From: a virus
IMG/VR virus record: IMGVR_UViG_3300001682_000633
Length of the DNA: 64,000 nt
Direction: 5' to 3' (one strand)
The number at the start of each line of letters is the position of its first letter. Position 1 is the stretch's first letter. The position numbers and the translations under genes are program-made. Below the pieces are notes generated by a model, which had not been told where the DNA came from, ran no database searches, and was given only the letters and a program-made list of their open reading frames with translations. This document shows positions 27,614-36,392 of the stretch, piece after piece.

Positions 27614-27901
27614 ATGAGCATTGCGTTGAGAAACCGCCGTGAAGCATATGACCAGATCGAGCCGAAGCGTCCCAATCGTAAGGCTATGATTCTGGATGTT
27701 CTGACCAGCGGTGATCCTGGCGGTATGACTGCTGATGAGATTGGCGAGAAGCTGGTCTCTGAGGGCAAAATCCCCACCAACAGTCCGAACTTCACACGGC
27801 CTCGTCTGACAGAGATGAAAGCCGAGGGCAAGGTTGTGATCGTTGGTAGGCGTCCTGGCAAGTCTGGGTGCAATACAGCAGTCTGGAAGGTGAAGCGCTG
27901 A
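27614..27901 (+). CDS. Winged-helix DNA-binding protein
   Basis: MTADEIG...RPRLTEM..EGKVVIVG. Confidence 0.6.
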   Translation: MSIALRNRREAYDQIEPKRPNRKAMILDVLTSGDPGGMTADEIGEKLVSEGKIPTNSPNFTRPRLTEMKAEGKVVIVGRRPGKSGCNTAVWKVKR

Positions 27902-28161
27902 TGTATGGCGAATATACCTGTCTGGACTGCGGCAAAACCTTTGACGAGCCGAAGCGATGGGAAGAACGCCATGGGTTAGACTCTCCGCCCTATGAGGATT
28001 TCAGCGGTTGTCCTTACTGTGGCGGAGCTTATACCCGCACTATCCTTTGCGATGGCTGCGAAAAACCGATTACTGGTGACTTCGTTGAAATCGAACCAAC
28101 TGGGGATCGTTTCTGCGACGAATGTTTTATGATGAAGTCGCTGGGCGAAGATGATCCATGA
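27901..28161 (+). CDS. Small zinc-finger protein
   Basis: Four CxxC pairs. Confidence 0.65.
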   Translation: MYGEYTCLDCGKTFDEPKRWEERHGLDSPPYEDFSGCPYCGGAYTRTILCDGCEKPITGDFVEIEPTGDRFCDECFMMKSLGEDDP

Positions 28162-28955
28162 GAAGAGGTCGTGAAATGAAAACTTCAGTCAAACGGCGTG
28201 CGAAAAACTGCATACGGGGAGCAGTTTTATTGGCCTGTTTTATTGCCGTCTGGTATGTGGCCTCGTGCTTCACTCAACCGCTGTTTATCCCCGCTCCTGC
28301 TGCCGTGTGGGAAGCAATCGTCGGGTTGGCAGAGACAGGCCAGTTACAAAAAGGACTTGCCTACTCTTTCCTGCGGATTACTGGTGCGTCTGCTCTTTCT
28401 ATGCTGGTAGCAATTCCCCTCTCTCTTCTGATTTATGGCGTGAAGCCTATCAAGGAAACTATCATGCCGGTTGTTTCCTTCCTGCGGTATGTTCCCGTAA
28501 CCGCATTTTCTCCGCTCCTGATCCTATGGTTTGGGATTGGGGAGCAGATGAAAATTTCGTTCCTATTTATTGCAACGTTTGTCTACTTGCTGCCGTCGAT
28601 TCTGCTTTGCTTTAACGACGTACCGCAAGATCTGATGGATACGGGCAAGACAATCGGAATGACCAGTTGGGAGACAATCAAAGAAATCCTGCTCCCCGCA
28701 TCGCTCCCTTCAATATTCAGTACGTTCCTTATGATGTATGGCATTGGCTGGACATACTGCGCCGTGGTAGAGGCAACCAACGCTAAGTATGGCTTGGGTT
28801 TCATCATCAATGTAAGTTCCGCCAGAGGCCGTACCGCCGTGGTGTTCGGGGCAATCATCGTAATCATGTTGTTCAGCTTCGTTTTTGACAAGCTGGGGAA
28901 CTTGCTGATCCGAAAGATATTCCAGTGGAGGTACTGCGATGATCAAGTTGAATGA
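28158..28955 (+). CDS. ABC transporter permease (NitT/TauT/SsuC type)
   Basis: Multiple TM helices, LLILWFGIGE, EAA-like loop DTGKTIG, GLGFII. Confidence 0.85.
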   Translation: MRRGREMKTSVKRRAKNCIRGAVLLACFIAVWYVASCFTQPLFIPAPAAVWEAIVGLAETGQLQKGLAYSFLRITGASALSMLVAIPLSLLIYGVKPIKETIMPVVSFLRYVPVTAFSPLLILWFGIGEQMKISFLFIATFVYLLPSILLCFNDVPQDLMDTGKTIGMTSWETIKEILLPASLPSIFSTFLMMYGIGWTYCAVVEATNAKYGLGFIINVSSARGRTAVVFGAIIVIMLFSFVFDKLGNLLIRKIFQWRYCDDQVE

Positions 28956-29580
28956 TCTGGCTATTGGGTACAACGGCGAAGCAATTCTGGAGCACATCGA
29001 CCAGAAATTTGACGACGGTTTGATTTACGGTATTTTGGCGAAGTCTGGTACCGGTAAGACGACCCTCCTCAAAACCATCGCCGGCCTTCTTCGCCCCGTT
29101 CATGGTGAGGTTGTCATTGATGGCACTACCTATCGGAACGCCGACAAGAACCCTGTGTACATGATGCACCAGCGCTATTCCAACTTCGGCTGGCTTTCCT
29201 GCACAGAGAATGTGCTGATTGCCCAACGGGACAAAAAACTCCGTAGCCGCGATGACGCTATCAAGGTGCTTGCAGCGGTCGGGTTAGAGCAGTATGCAGA
29301 TAAATGGCCGTCTCAGCTCTCAGGTGGTATGCAACAGCGCCTTGCGTTGGCAAGAACACTGTATGTCAAGCCGAGATACCTGCTTATGGACGAACCGTTA
29401 TCCGCTTTGGACGACAAGACCCGTAGCAAAATGCAGCGTTTGATTTTGGATGTCCATGCTGAGACAGGCAACACAATCATTATGGTAACGCACAGCCAGG
29501 ACGAGGCGTTCAAAATGTGCGATAAAATAATCAAATTTGAAACGAGAGGAGCTGTAACAAGCCATGGCAGGTTTATTTGA
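28939..29580 (+). CDS. ABC transporter ATP-binding protein
   Basis: KSGTGKT, LSGGMQQR, LLMDEPLSALD, VTH. Confidence 0.92.
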   Translation: MIKLNDLAIGYNGEAILEHIDQKFDDGLIYGILAKSGTGKTTLLKTIAGLLRPVHGEVVIDGTTYRNADKNPVYMMHQRYSNFGWLSCTENVLIAQRDKKLRSRDDAIKVLAAVGLEQYADKWPSQLSGGMQQRLALARTLYVKPRYLLMDEPLSALDDKTRSKMQRLILDVHAETGNTIIMVTHSQDEAFKMCDKIIKFETRGAVTSHGRFI

Positions 29581-30124
29581 ACGCATGGGGCTGGTTCGTA
29601 CCGAATACGAAGGTATGCCTGAAATCCCTATGCAACCCGTATCCGAGCCTATGTACGCGCCTGAGACACCGGTAATTGACGCTACTCAGGTGTCCTATGA
29701 TGATGTGATCGCATCCATCTATCAGCAGGGCGATATCGACGACGAGAACTCGATCTTCAAGATCAAGGCGTATATCGACATTCTGCCCCAGGACATGACT
29801 AAGGCCAAGAAACAGGCGTCCATCGTCGGTATTCTCAGCGTCAACGGGATCAATGTGGATGATCTCATTGAGGACGGTCTGAAGCGTGGTCGCGTCTTGG
29901 ACGCTGCCGAGGATAGTATCAGGGCGGAAAACGACGCACTGATCGCTGAGACCGAGGCGGATATCGAACACCTGAAGTCCCTGATTGAGCAGGCAGAAGC
30001 CAGAATTGAGGACTCCAAACAGAAGACCTCTGATTCCAGCGCCGCCATCCAGAAGGAAAAAGAAGCTATCAGTCAACTCTTGGAGTTTGCGAACGGCGTT
30101 GCCGGTAAGGAAGGAGCACAGTAA
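29564..30124 (+). CDS. Hypothetical coiled-coil protein of the ABC operon
   Basis: 186 aa, translationally coupled on both sides. Confidence 0.7.
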   Translation: MAGLFERMGLVRTEYEGMPEIPMQPVSEPMYAPETPVIDATQVSYDDVIASIYQQGDIDDENSIFKIKAYIDILPQDMTKAKKQASIVGILSVNGINVDDLIEDGLKRGRVLDAAEDSIRAENDALIAETEADIEHLKSLIEQAEARIEDSKQKTSDSSAAIQKEKEAISQLLEFANGVAGKEGAQ

Positions 30125-30939
30125 TGGGCATTGTGATTGGAGCGGTAGCGGTTGTATTTGTGCTCGCCCTAATCATCTTCCCCGGCGTCCGGGATAAGCT
30201 GAAAGTCCTCGTTGGAGGGTTCCTCAACATCTTCGTGGAGGATATCGCCAAGACACCCGAGGGTGCCAAGGCTGTTTTCCAGCAAGCCATTGAGGAAGTG
30301 CAGGAGCGCTACAACAAGGCCGGCGATACCCTGAATCGGTTTGTGGGTGAGCAATCCTCCGTCCAGAAGAACCTCAACAAGCTGTATGGAGAGCTGAAGG
30401 ACGTTGAATCAAAGTGTGAGTCTCTGGTCAGATCTGGCAATATGGCCGATGCTGCCATCTTTTCAACCAGGCGTGAGGAAATCCTGTTTGAAATCTCCCA
30501 GAAAGAGGGATACCTGCGAGAGCTTGAACCCATGGTAAAAGAGGCTCAGACCGTTTATGAAGCGTACGACAAGAAGCTCCGCGAGCTGAAAAAGCAGAGC
30601 CGTATGACTGTCGAGGAAATGAAACTTCGTGGCAACATGAAGGATCTCTTGGGCGATCTGGACGAGCTGCGTCGGGACTCTGCCACTGATAAGCTCTTGG
30701 GTAGCGTCCGGGACGGCGCGGAAGATCTTCGCAAAGAGGTTGATGGTGCGATTGTCGTTCACGCAAGCCGTACCACCACAAAAATGTCAATGGCTGAGAA
30801 AAATGCAGCGAAAGCTCAGTCGGATGCTTACCTGCAGTCTCTCGCCTCAAAGTATAGCGGGAAACCGGCTATTCAGGCTCCACGGTCTGGCGTCACCTTC
30901 GACGCTCCTAAATCCAAAGTGAAAGAGGAAAGGAAGTAA
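30124..30939 (+). CDS. Membrane-anchored PspA/IM30-like coiled-coil protein
   Basis: N-terminal TM, IAKTPEG..FQQAIEE then long coiled coil. Confidence 0.6.
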   Translation: MGIVIGAVAVVFVLALIIFPGVRDKLKVLVGGFLNIFVEDIAKTPEGAKAVFQQAIEEVQERYNKAGDTLNRFVGEQSSVQKNLNKLYGELKDVESKCESLVRSGNMADAAIFSTRREEILFEISQKEGYLRELEPMVKEAQTVYEAYDKKLRELKKQSRMTVEEMKLRGNMKDLLGDLDELRRDSATDKLLGSVRDGAEDLRKEVDGAIVVHASRTTTKMSMAEKNAAKAQSDAYLQSLASKYSGKPAIQAPRSGVTFDAPKSKVKEERK

Positions 30940-30945
30940 CTTACC

Positions 30946-32520
30946 ATGAAAAGAATGAAACTCACTACTGCTGGCCGTGTGGTGATCTTCGTCATCGTGC
31001 TGGCGCTCCTCACCGGTATTGGCGGCTTCGGCTACAACTACTACAAGAACAACATCGCGGACGACAAGCCCATCAGTTCGGGCACTCAGTCTGGCAGCAC
31101 GTCCCAGAAGCCCACAACAAAGCCCTCCGCCGGCAAGACGGACACCTCTGATCCCGTGATTAACCTGTCTCTGGATGAGTGGGTAGGCTGGAAACCTATT
31201 ATCGACGCCAACCAGGGCTTGACCACGCAGCCCGGTTCAATTTTCGACCAGATGGGCATTAAGGTCAACATCAATATCATCAATGACGCAACTGCCAGCA
31301 GCAATGCTCTGATTACCGGAGAGCTGAATGCTGCGGGTTATACCACCAACCGTACCGCGTTCCTGTCTGGTAAGTTCCAGGAGGCCGGATTGGATGTGGT
31401 AATGCCGGTATTCACCAACTACTCCGCTGGCGGCGACGGCATTATTGCTAAGTCCGGTATCAATACCGTGAATGATCTGCTGGGCAAGAAGATCGGCGTT
31501 CCCAGATTTAGCGAAGCCCAGACGCTTGTGGCATGGTTTGTTAATAAGAGTGACCTGTCCGATGCTGACAAGCAGTCCATCATTGATAACATGATCCTCT
31601 TTGACGATGCGTCTGAGACGGGCGAGGCATTCTTCGCCAGCCAGCTGGACGTGGCAGCGACTTGGCAGCCCTACCTGTCCTATGCAACCGAAAACAGCGA
31701 TGCGCACATCATGTTCTCTACTACAGCCTCTAAGAGCCTGATTATGGACGGTATCGTATTCCGTTCCGACTTTGCCCAGGCACACCCCGACGTTGTAACC
31801 GCCTTTATTGATGGTGTCTTCCAGGCCAACGCAATGTATACCACTGAGTTTGACTACATCCGCTCTGTCATGCCTATGTTCGCCGGCGTTTCCGACGAGG
31901 AAATTAAGGCTCAGTGCGGCGATGCCGAAATGATGGGCTACGCCGAGAATAAGGAAGTGCTGGACTCCACTGCCCCTTCTGTCTACTTCGATATGTGTGA
32001 TATCTGGGAGTCTTTGGGCGAGACGGTTAATCGCAAGGCGGCTATGACGCTCTTTGATAACCAGTATCTGCTTCCTCTGGCAAGCAAGTATTCTTCTGCC
32101 TCTGCCTCTACCAGCAAGCCCGTTGAGCTGACTGAGGAGCAGAAGCAGAAAATCGTCAATTATGAGGCGCTGCTGACCAAATCCATGACCGTTGAGTTTG
32201 TGGCTGATACCGCTCAGTTCAAGAACCCCGAAGAGGCGTACGCCATCATGGATGATTTCGTCTCTATCGCCAATACTCTGGATGGCGCGATTATCCAGGT
32301 AGAGGGCAATATCAATGCCCGCAACTACTCCGACTCTGGACAGGCGCTGTCTGCTGAACGTGCAAAGGCCGTCGCCAAGTATTTCATCGCTTGCGGCATT
32401 GATCCGAACCGTCTGATTACGGTCGGCAATGGCAACACGAAGATGGTTGCAGATCCCGGTTCTGCCGATGCCTACCTGAACCGTAGAACCGACGTGTTCT
32501 TCAAGATCATCGAAGAGTAA
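30946..32520 (+). CDS. NMT1/SsuA-type substrate-binding protein with C-terminal OmpA-like peptidoglycan-binding domain
   Basis: N-terminal TM, SAGGDGIIA, DLLGKKIGV, TWQPY; LSAERAKAV...GNG...NRRTD OmpA motif. Confidence 0.82.
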   Translation: MKRMKLTTAGRVVIFVIVLALLTGIGGFGYNYYKNNIADDKPISSGTQSGSTSQKPTTKPSAGKTDTSDPVINLSLDEWVGWKPIIDANQGLTTQPGSIFDQMGIKVNINIINDATASSNALITGELNAAGYTTNRTAFLSGKFQEAGLDVVMPVFTNYSAGGDGIIAKSGINTVNDLLGKKIGVPRFSEAQTLVAWFVNKSDLSDADKQSIIDNMILFDDASETGEAFFASQLDVAATWQPYLSYATENSDAHIMFSTTASKSLIMDGIVFRSDFAQAHPDVVTAFIDGVFQANAMYTTEFDYIRSVMPMFAGVSDEEIKAQCGDAEMMGYAENKEVLDSTAPSVYFDMCDIWESLGETVNRKAAMTLFDNQYLLPLASKYSSASASTSKPVELTEEQKQKIVNYEALLTKSMTVEFVADTAQFKNPEEAYAIMDDFVSIANTLDGAIIQVEGNINARNYSDSGQALSAERAKAVAKYFIACGIDPNRLITVGNGNTKMVADPGSADAYLNRRTDVFFKIIEE

Positions 32521-32532
32521 TCCCGCGCCTTA

Positions 32533-32558
32533 CGAGGAGGGGCGTTGTCCCCTCCTCG
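32533..32558. terminator. Hairpin after ABC operon
   Basis: CGAGGAGGGG-CGTTGT-CCCCTCCTCG; no clear U tract. Confidence 0.5.
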
Positions 32559-32579
32559 GGGCACCAACATAATAAAGGA

Positions 32580-33200
32580 GTGGTCAATATGGATGTAATG
32601 AATGTAGAAAGCGCAAATTTGGACGATCTGAAAAAACGGTTCGTTGAAATTTGCGCTACTATCAATCGTCCGGGTATGGAAGACCTGATGGCGTGGTTGG
32701 AACGTTCTGACTTCTACACTGCGCCGGCAAGCACGCGCTTCCACAGCAACTATACTGGCGGGCTGCTGGAGCATAGCCTCAATGTGTATGACAAGCTCTC
32801 TGGGTTTGTGGCTCGCTATCCTGAACTGGAGATCTCACCGGAGACGGTGGCGGTCACTGCGTTGTTCCACGACCTGACGAAGGTGAACTACTACACCGTC
32901 AGCTCTCGGAACGTCAAGGATGATGTTACGGGCGCATGGCATAAGGAGCCGTTCTACAAAACGGAAGATCGTCTCCCGCTTGGTCATGGAGAGAAATCTG
33001 TCATCATCCTGCAGAGCTTCATCAAGCTCACACGTGACGAAATCTTTGCAATCCGCTGGCATATGGGAGCATGGGACTGTGCGGTTAAAGGCGGGGACTA
33101 CGGTGCAGGTAACGCTTTTGAGATTTGCCCGCTCGCGGTCATGACGCATTTGGCTGATATGGAAGCTACCTATCTTGTCGAGGGTTTAGCAACAAAGTAA
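32580..33200 (+). CDS. HD-domain phosphohydrolase
   Basis: FYTAPASTRFH, GGLLEHSLNV, FHDLTK, GHGEKS, WHMG, HLAD. Confidence 0.85.
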   Translation: MVNMDVMNVESANLDDLKKRFVEICATINRPGMEDLMAWLERSDFYTAPASTRFHSNYTGGLLEHSLNVYDKLSGFVARYPELEISPETVAVTALFHDLTKVNYYTVSSRNVKDDVTGAWHKEPFYKTEDRLPLGHGEKSVIILQSFIKLTRDEIFAIRWHMGAWDCAVKGGDYGAGNAFEICPLAVMTHLADMEATYLVEGLATK

Positions 33201-33216
33201 ATCAACGGAGGCTAAC

Positions 33217-33822
33217 ATGGAAAAAAGCGTTTTTCAAATTCTGAACGAGTACGACATCACGGAACACCTCAAGAAGAAAGACAAGATTATCTATCTGCCT
33301 TGGTCTAAGGCATGGATGATCGTGAAATCTCTCTTCCCCAGCGCCAAGTTTACTATCAACAAGGCTGCTGACGGCTGCATCTACCATACGGACGGGAAGA
33401 CCGCCTGGGTGGAGGTATCTATCACCATCAACGACCAGACTGAAACGGAGTCTTTGGCTGTTATGGACTTCCGCAACAAGTCTATCCCCATCGACACGAT
33501 CACCTCTGCCGACGCAGAGAAATCTATCAAGCGCTGCTTGGTCAAATGTGCTGCTCTGCACGGCCTGGGTCTGTCTCTTTGGACGGGCGAGGAGCTGTCC
33601 AGCGCCGCCCGCAAGAAGAAGGAAGACGACCTGGACGATGTGAAACAGGAAATCCTGAGCGTTGTTGCCGGGAAGCTGGAGGCCGGCGTGTCTAAGGACA
33701 CCATCTACAAGGCTATCGAGAGCGTTGCCGGTGTGAAGAACCCCAACGCTATCAAGGATATCGCAACGGCTCAGAAAGTCGTCGAGCAGATCAAGAAACT
33801 GGAGGTAAAGCACAATGCTTAA
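33217..33822 (+). CDS. Sak/Rad52-like single-strand annealing protein (DUF1071)
   Basis: YLPWSKAW, LAVMDFRNK, IKRCLVKCAALHGLGLSLWTGE. Confidence 0.85.
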   Translation: MEKSVFQILNEYDITEHLKKKDKIIYLPWSKAWMIVKSLFPSAKFTINKAADGCIYHTDGKTAWVEVSITINDQTETESLAVMDFRNKSIPIDTITSADAEKSIKRCLVKCAALHGLGLSLWTGEELSSAARKKKEDDLDDVKQEILSVVAGKLEAGVSKDTIYKAIESVAGVKNPNAIKDIATAQKVVEQIKKLEVKHNA

Positions 33823-34252
33823 TAAAGTAATCATCATGGGTCGCCTCACCCGCGACCCTGAGATCAAGAAGGTAAACAACGACATCTCCGTGTGCAGCTT
33901 TTCTATCGCCTGTGACCGCGACATCGTGAACAAGCAGAACAATGAGCGCGAGACGGACTTCTTCGATGTGACTGCGTGGCGCTCTACGGCGGATTTCGTC
34001 GGCAAGTATTTCAGCAAGGGGCGCATGATCGTCGTTGTCGGTCGGCTGCAGAAGCGCAACTACACCGATAAGGACGGTAACAAGCGTTCTGCCGTAGACA
34101 TCATTGCCGAGAACGTCTATTTCGGCGATTCCAAGAAGGACGGCGAGACTTCTGACAATGCCTCTACCCCTTCCACCGGATATGCTGCCGGCCCCTCTCA
34201 GAATAGCGGCTTCGCAGATATCGGTGAGGAAGATGGAGAGCTGCCCTTCTGA
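33815..34252 (+). CDS. ssb: Single-stranded DNA-binding protein
   Basis: LNKVIIMGRLTRDPE, TDFF, acidic tail ending LPF. Confidence 0.95.
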   Translation: MLNKVIIMGRLTRDPEIKKVNNDISVCSFSIACDRDIVNKQNNERETDFFDVTAWRSTADFVGKYFSKGRMIVVVGRLQKRNYTDKDGNKRSAVDIIAENVYFGDSKKDGETSDNASTPSTGYAAGPSQNSGFADIGEEDGELPF

Positions 34253-35019
34253 TGGATAATTCTTTTCTCCTGGACGCTATGGACTGGTCATACTCCCGCG
34301 TTAGCAGTTTTGATCAGTGCCCGCGTATGTTCGACCTTACTTACCTCCAGTGCATGGATCGCGTGGACAACGCTTTTGCTCAATGGGGTTCACTGGCGCA
34401 CTCGCTTTTAGAGCGATATTTCCGTCAGCAGGTCGAGCTGTGGAATTTATCCGGCCTCTATGAGAAGGAATACGCAAGAGCAGTTACAGAACGGTTCCCA
34501 TTTCCCCGGCTGGAAGACAGCTACTATGAGCGCGGTATGGAATACTTCGATAATTTCGGTGGACAACTGGGAGACGAAGAAGAAGTGCTTGCGGTCGAAG
34601 ATCGGTATAGCTCCACACTGGGCGGCAGACCGGTGGTGGGCGTCATAGACCTAGTGCCTCGTAATAGGTCTGGACTGATCGTTTGCGATCACAAAAGCCG
34701 AGGGAAATGGAAATCCAGAGAGGAACGCCGCAAATATCTCCGCCAACTGAACTTATATGCAGTACGGGTCAAAGAGGTTTACGGTGAATGGCCGCGTGAA
34801 CTTTGGTTCAACAAGTTCCGCGAAGGTATCTTGGACAGAGAGCCATTCAACATCGTAACTGCTCAGGAGGACATAGACTGGTTCCTGCGTTCTATTGACG
34901 ACATCTATAAGGCAAGGAGTTTTCCTGCCAAACCTGACCGTTTCTTTTGTGACTACCTGTGTTCTGTGCGCGAGCATTGCGAGCATTCCAGCCAATATGT
35001 CATGGAGGAATATGAGTGA
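34252..35019 (+). CDS. PD-(D/E)XK RecB-like exonuclease
   Basis: WSYSR, QCP, GVIDL, DHKS, QLNLY, terminal Cys cluster. Confidence 0.85.
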   Translation: MDNSFLLDAMDWSYSRVSSFDQCPRMFDLTYLQCMDRVDNAFAQWGSLAHSLLERYFRQQVELWNLSGLYEKEYARAVTERFPFPRLEDSYYERGMEYFDNFGGQLGDEEEVLAVEDRYSSTLGGRPVVGVIDLVPRNRSGLIVCDHKSRGKWKSREERRKYLRQLNLYAVRVKEVYGEWPRELWFNKFREGILDREPFNIVTAQEDIDWFLRSIDDIYKARSFPAKPDRFFCDYLCSVREHCEHSSQYVMEEYE

Positions 35020-35477
35020 TGGAAAAGATCAAAGTAATTTTCCTCGACGTTGATGGTATGCTCAACAGTGATCGTACAGTTCGCAGAACCAAAGGCGGCT
35101 ATACGTTTGTTGGCAACAGGCAAATGAAGAACCTGAAGCACATCATTAACATGACAGGAGCTAAGGTCGTCCTTTCCAGTGATTGGAGATACGACCGAGA
35201 CGACCCGAGATACAATAGAGACTATCTGGAACTGAAAGCAGAGCTGTTGAAATACGGGATTCGTCTTTACGGCTTTACGCCGGAGCTGCCATCCTGTCAC
35301 AGAGGTATGGAAATTGACTGCTGGTTAAAAGAACATAGCGAAGTCGGAGACTTCGTAATTCTGGACGACCGGACAGACATCGAGCCGAACAAAGATCACT
35401 GGGTTCAGACGGTAATACGCCGGGGACTCGGTGTTGAGGAGGCCGAGAGTGCTATCCACATCTTGAACGGCAAATGA
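35016..35477 (+). CDS. HAD phosphatase (type found in RNA-repair proteins)
   Basis: IFLDVDGMLN, VVLSSDWR, RGMEI..WL, FVILDD. Confidence 0.78.
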   Translation: MMEKIKVIFLDVDGMLNSDRTVRRTKGGYTFVGNRQMKNLKHIINMTGAKVVLSSDWRYDRDDPRYNRDYLELKAELLKYGIRLYGFTPELPSCHRGMEIDCWLKEHSEVGDFVILDDRTDIEPNKDHWVQTVIRRGLGVEEAESAIHILNGK

Positions 35478-36319
35478 AAGACGGATTTCATGCAGAAGAA
35501 AGTAGGAATCTTAATATGAATTTTTCCATTACAGCAGAAGAGCTTGCCCAGTACAAGCACATCAATTTCAGTGTAGGCTTGGACAGTGACGACCTGCCCA
35601 TTTCGACCTGCTCCAAGGAGATTGTGTCCGCCCCCTACGTTCAAATGTCGGCTGGTAATCTCTTGACTAATTTGAACCATCTGACATGGGGTGAAGTGTC
35701 CAACATTGGTCGTAGTGGTGCAGCCCGACAGAGAATTGCGCTTGGTGCTGTAAAGACTGACCACATGAAGAACGGCTTTAATGCCGAATATCGGGTCATT
35801 GGTTTTAACCATGACGATCTGGCTGATGGTTCCGGTAAAGCTCCTTTGAGCTGGGAGATGACACGGGTTTATAAGGATAAGCGTCCTATGAACTCAAGCG
35901 GCATCAATAAAGGTGGCTGGGACGAGAGTGAGCTACGGGCGTGGCTTAACTCTGACTTCTTCGATTTATGTTCTGATGAATTGCAGTCCATTATCCGCCC
36001 CGTTGTAAAACTCACTTCTGCGGGCGATAGAAGCGGACAGATCATCAAAAGTATTGATCGGATTTTCATTCTCGCCGAAAAAGAGGTCTACGGTCGTGTT
36101 TTCTACTCTGTGCCTGGTGAGGGGCGTTGGTATGAATATTACCGCTTGGAGGATATTCCCTATTTCCTTTTGGATGAAGAGGGAGAGCGCATTTATCGTC
36201 ACCTCCGCTCCGCCTATTACAGCAACGACGGCAGTTTCTGCGGTGTGAGCACTGGTGGTAGCGCCTACTATCGCTATGCGAGGTATGCTGGTGCTCTCGC
36301 GCCCGGCTTTTGTTCCTAA
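35474..36319 (+). CDS. DUF6273-like protein with C-terminal DGR variable-region-like segment
   Basis: IGFNHDDL, GGWDESELRAWLN, DRIFILAEKEV, LRSA...FCGV..GG..APGF. Confidence 0.7.
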   Translation: MKDGFHAEESRNLNMNFSITAEELAQYKHINFSVGLDSDDLPISTCSKEIVSAPYVQMSAGNLLTNLNHLTWGEVSNIGRSGAARQRIALGAVKTDHMKNGFNAEYRVIGFNHDDLADGSGKAPLSWEMTRVYKDKRPMNSSGINKGGWDESELRAWLNSDFFDLCSDELQSIIRPVVKLTSAGDRSGQIIKSIDRIFILAEKEVYGRVFYSVPGEGRWYEYYRLEDIPYFLLDEEGERIYRHLRSAYYSNDGSFCGVSTGGSAYYRYARYAGALAPGFCS

Positions 36320-36335
36320 TCTTGAATCTAAAATA

Positions 36336-36364
36336 AAGCCTCGCCCACGAAAGTGGGCGGGCTT
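36336..36364. other. GC-rich GAAA-loop hairpin 3' of the putative variable region
   Basis: AAGCC-T-CGCCCAC-GAAA-GTGGGCG-GGCTT. Confidence 0.65.
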
Positions 36365-36392
36365 CCCCCAAAAAGCAGAGGTGATTTTACCC

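Noticed and set aside
36217..36225. TTACAGCAA match to the RNA module
   Set aside because: Inside coding sequence and lacks the flanking stem and AAY strand; chance match
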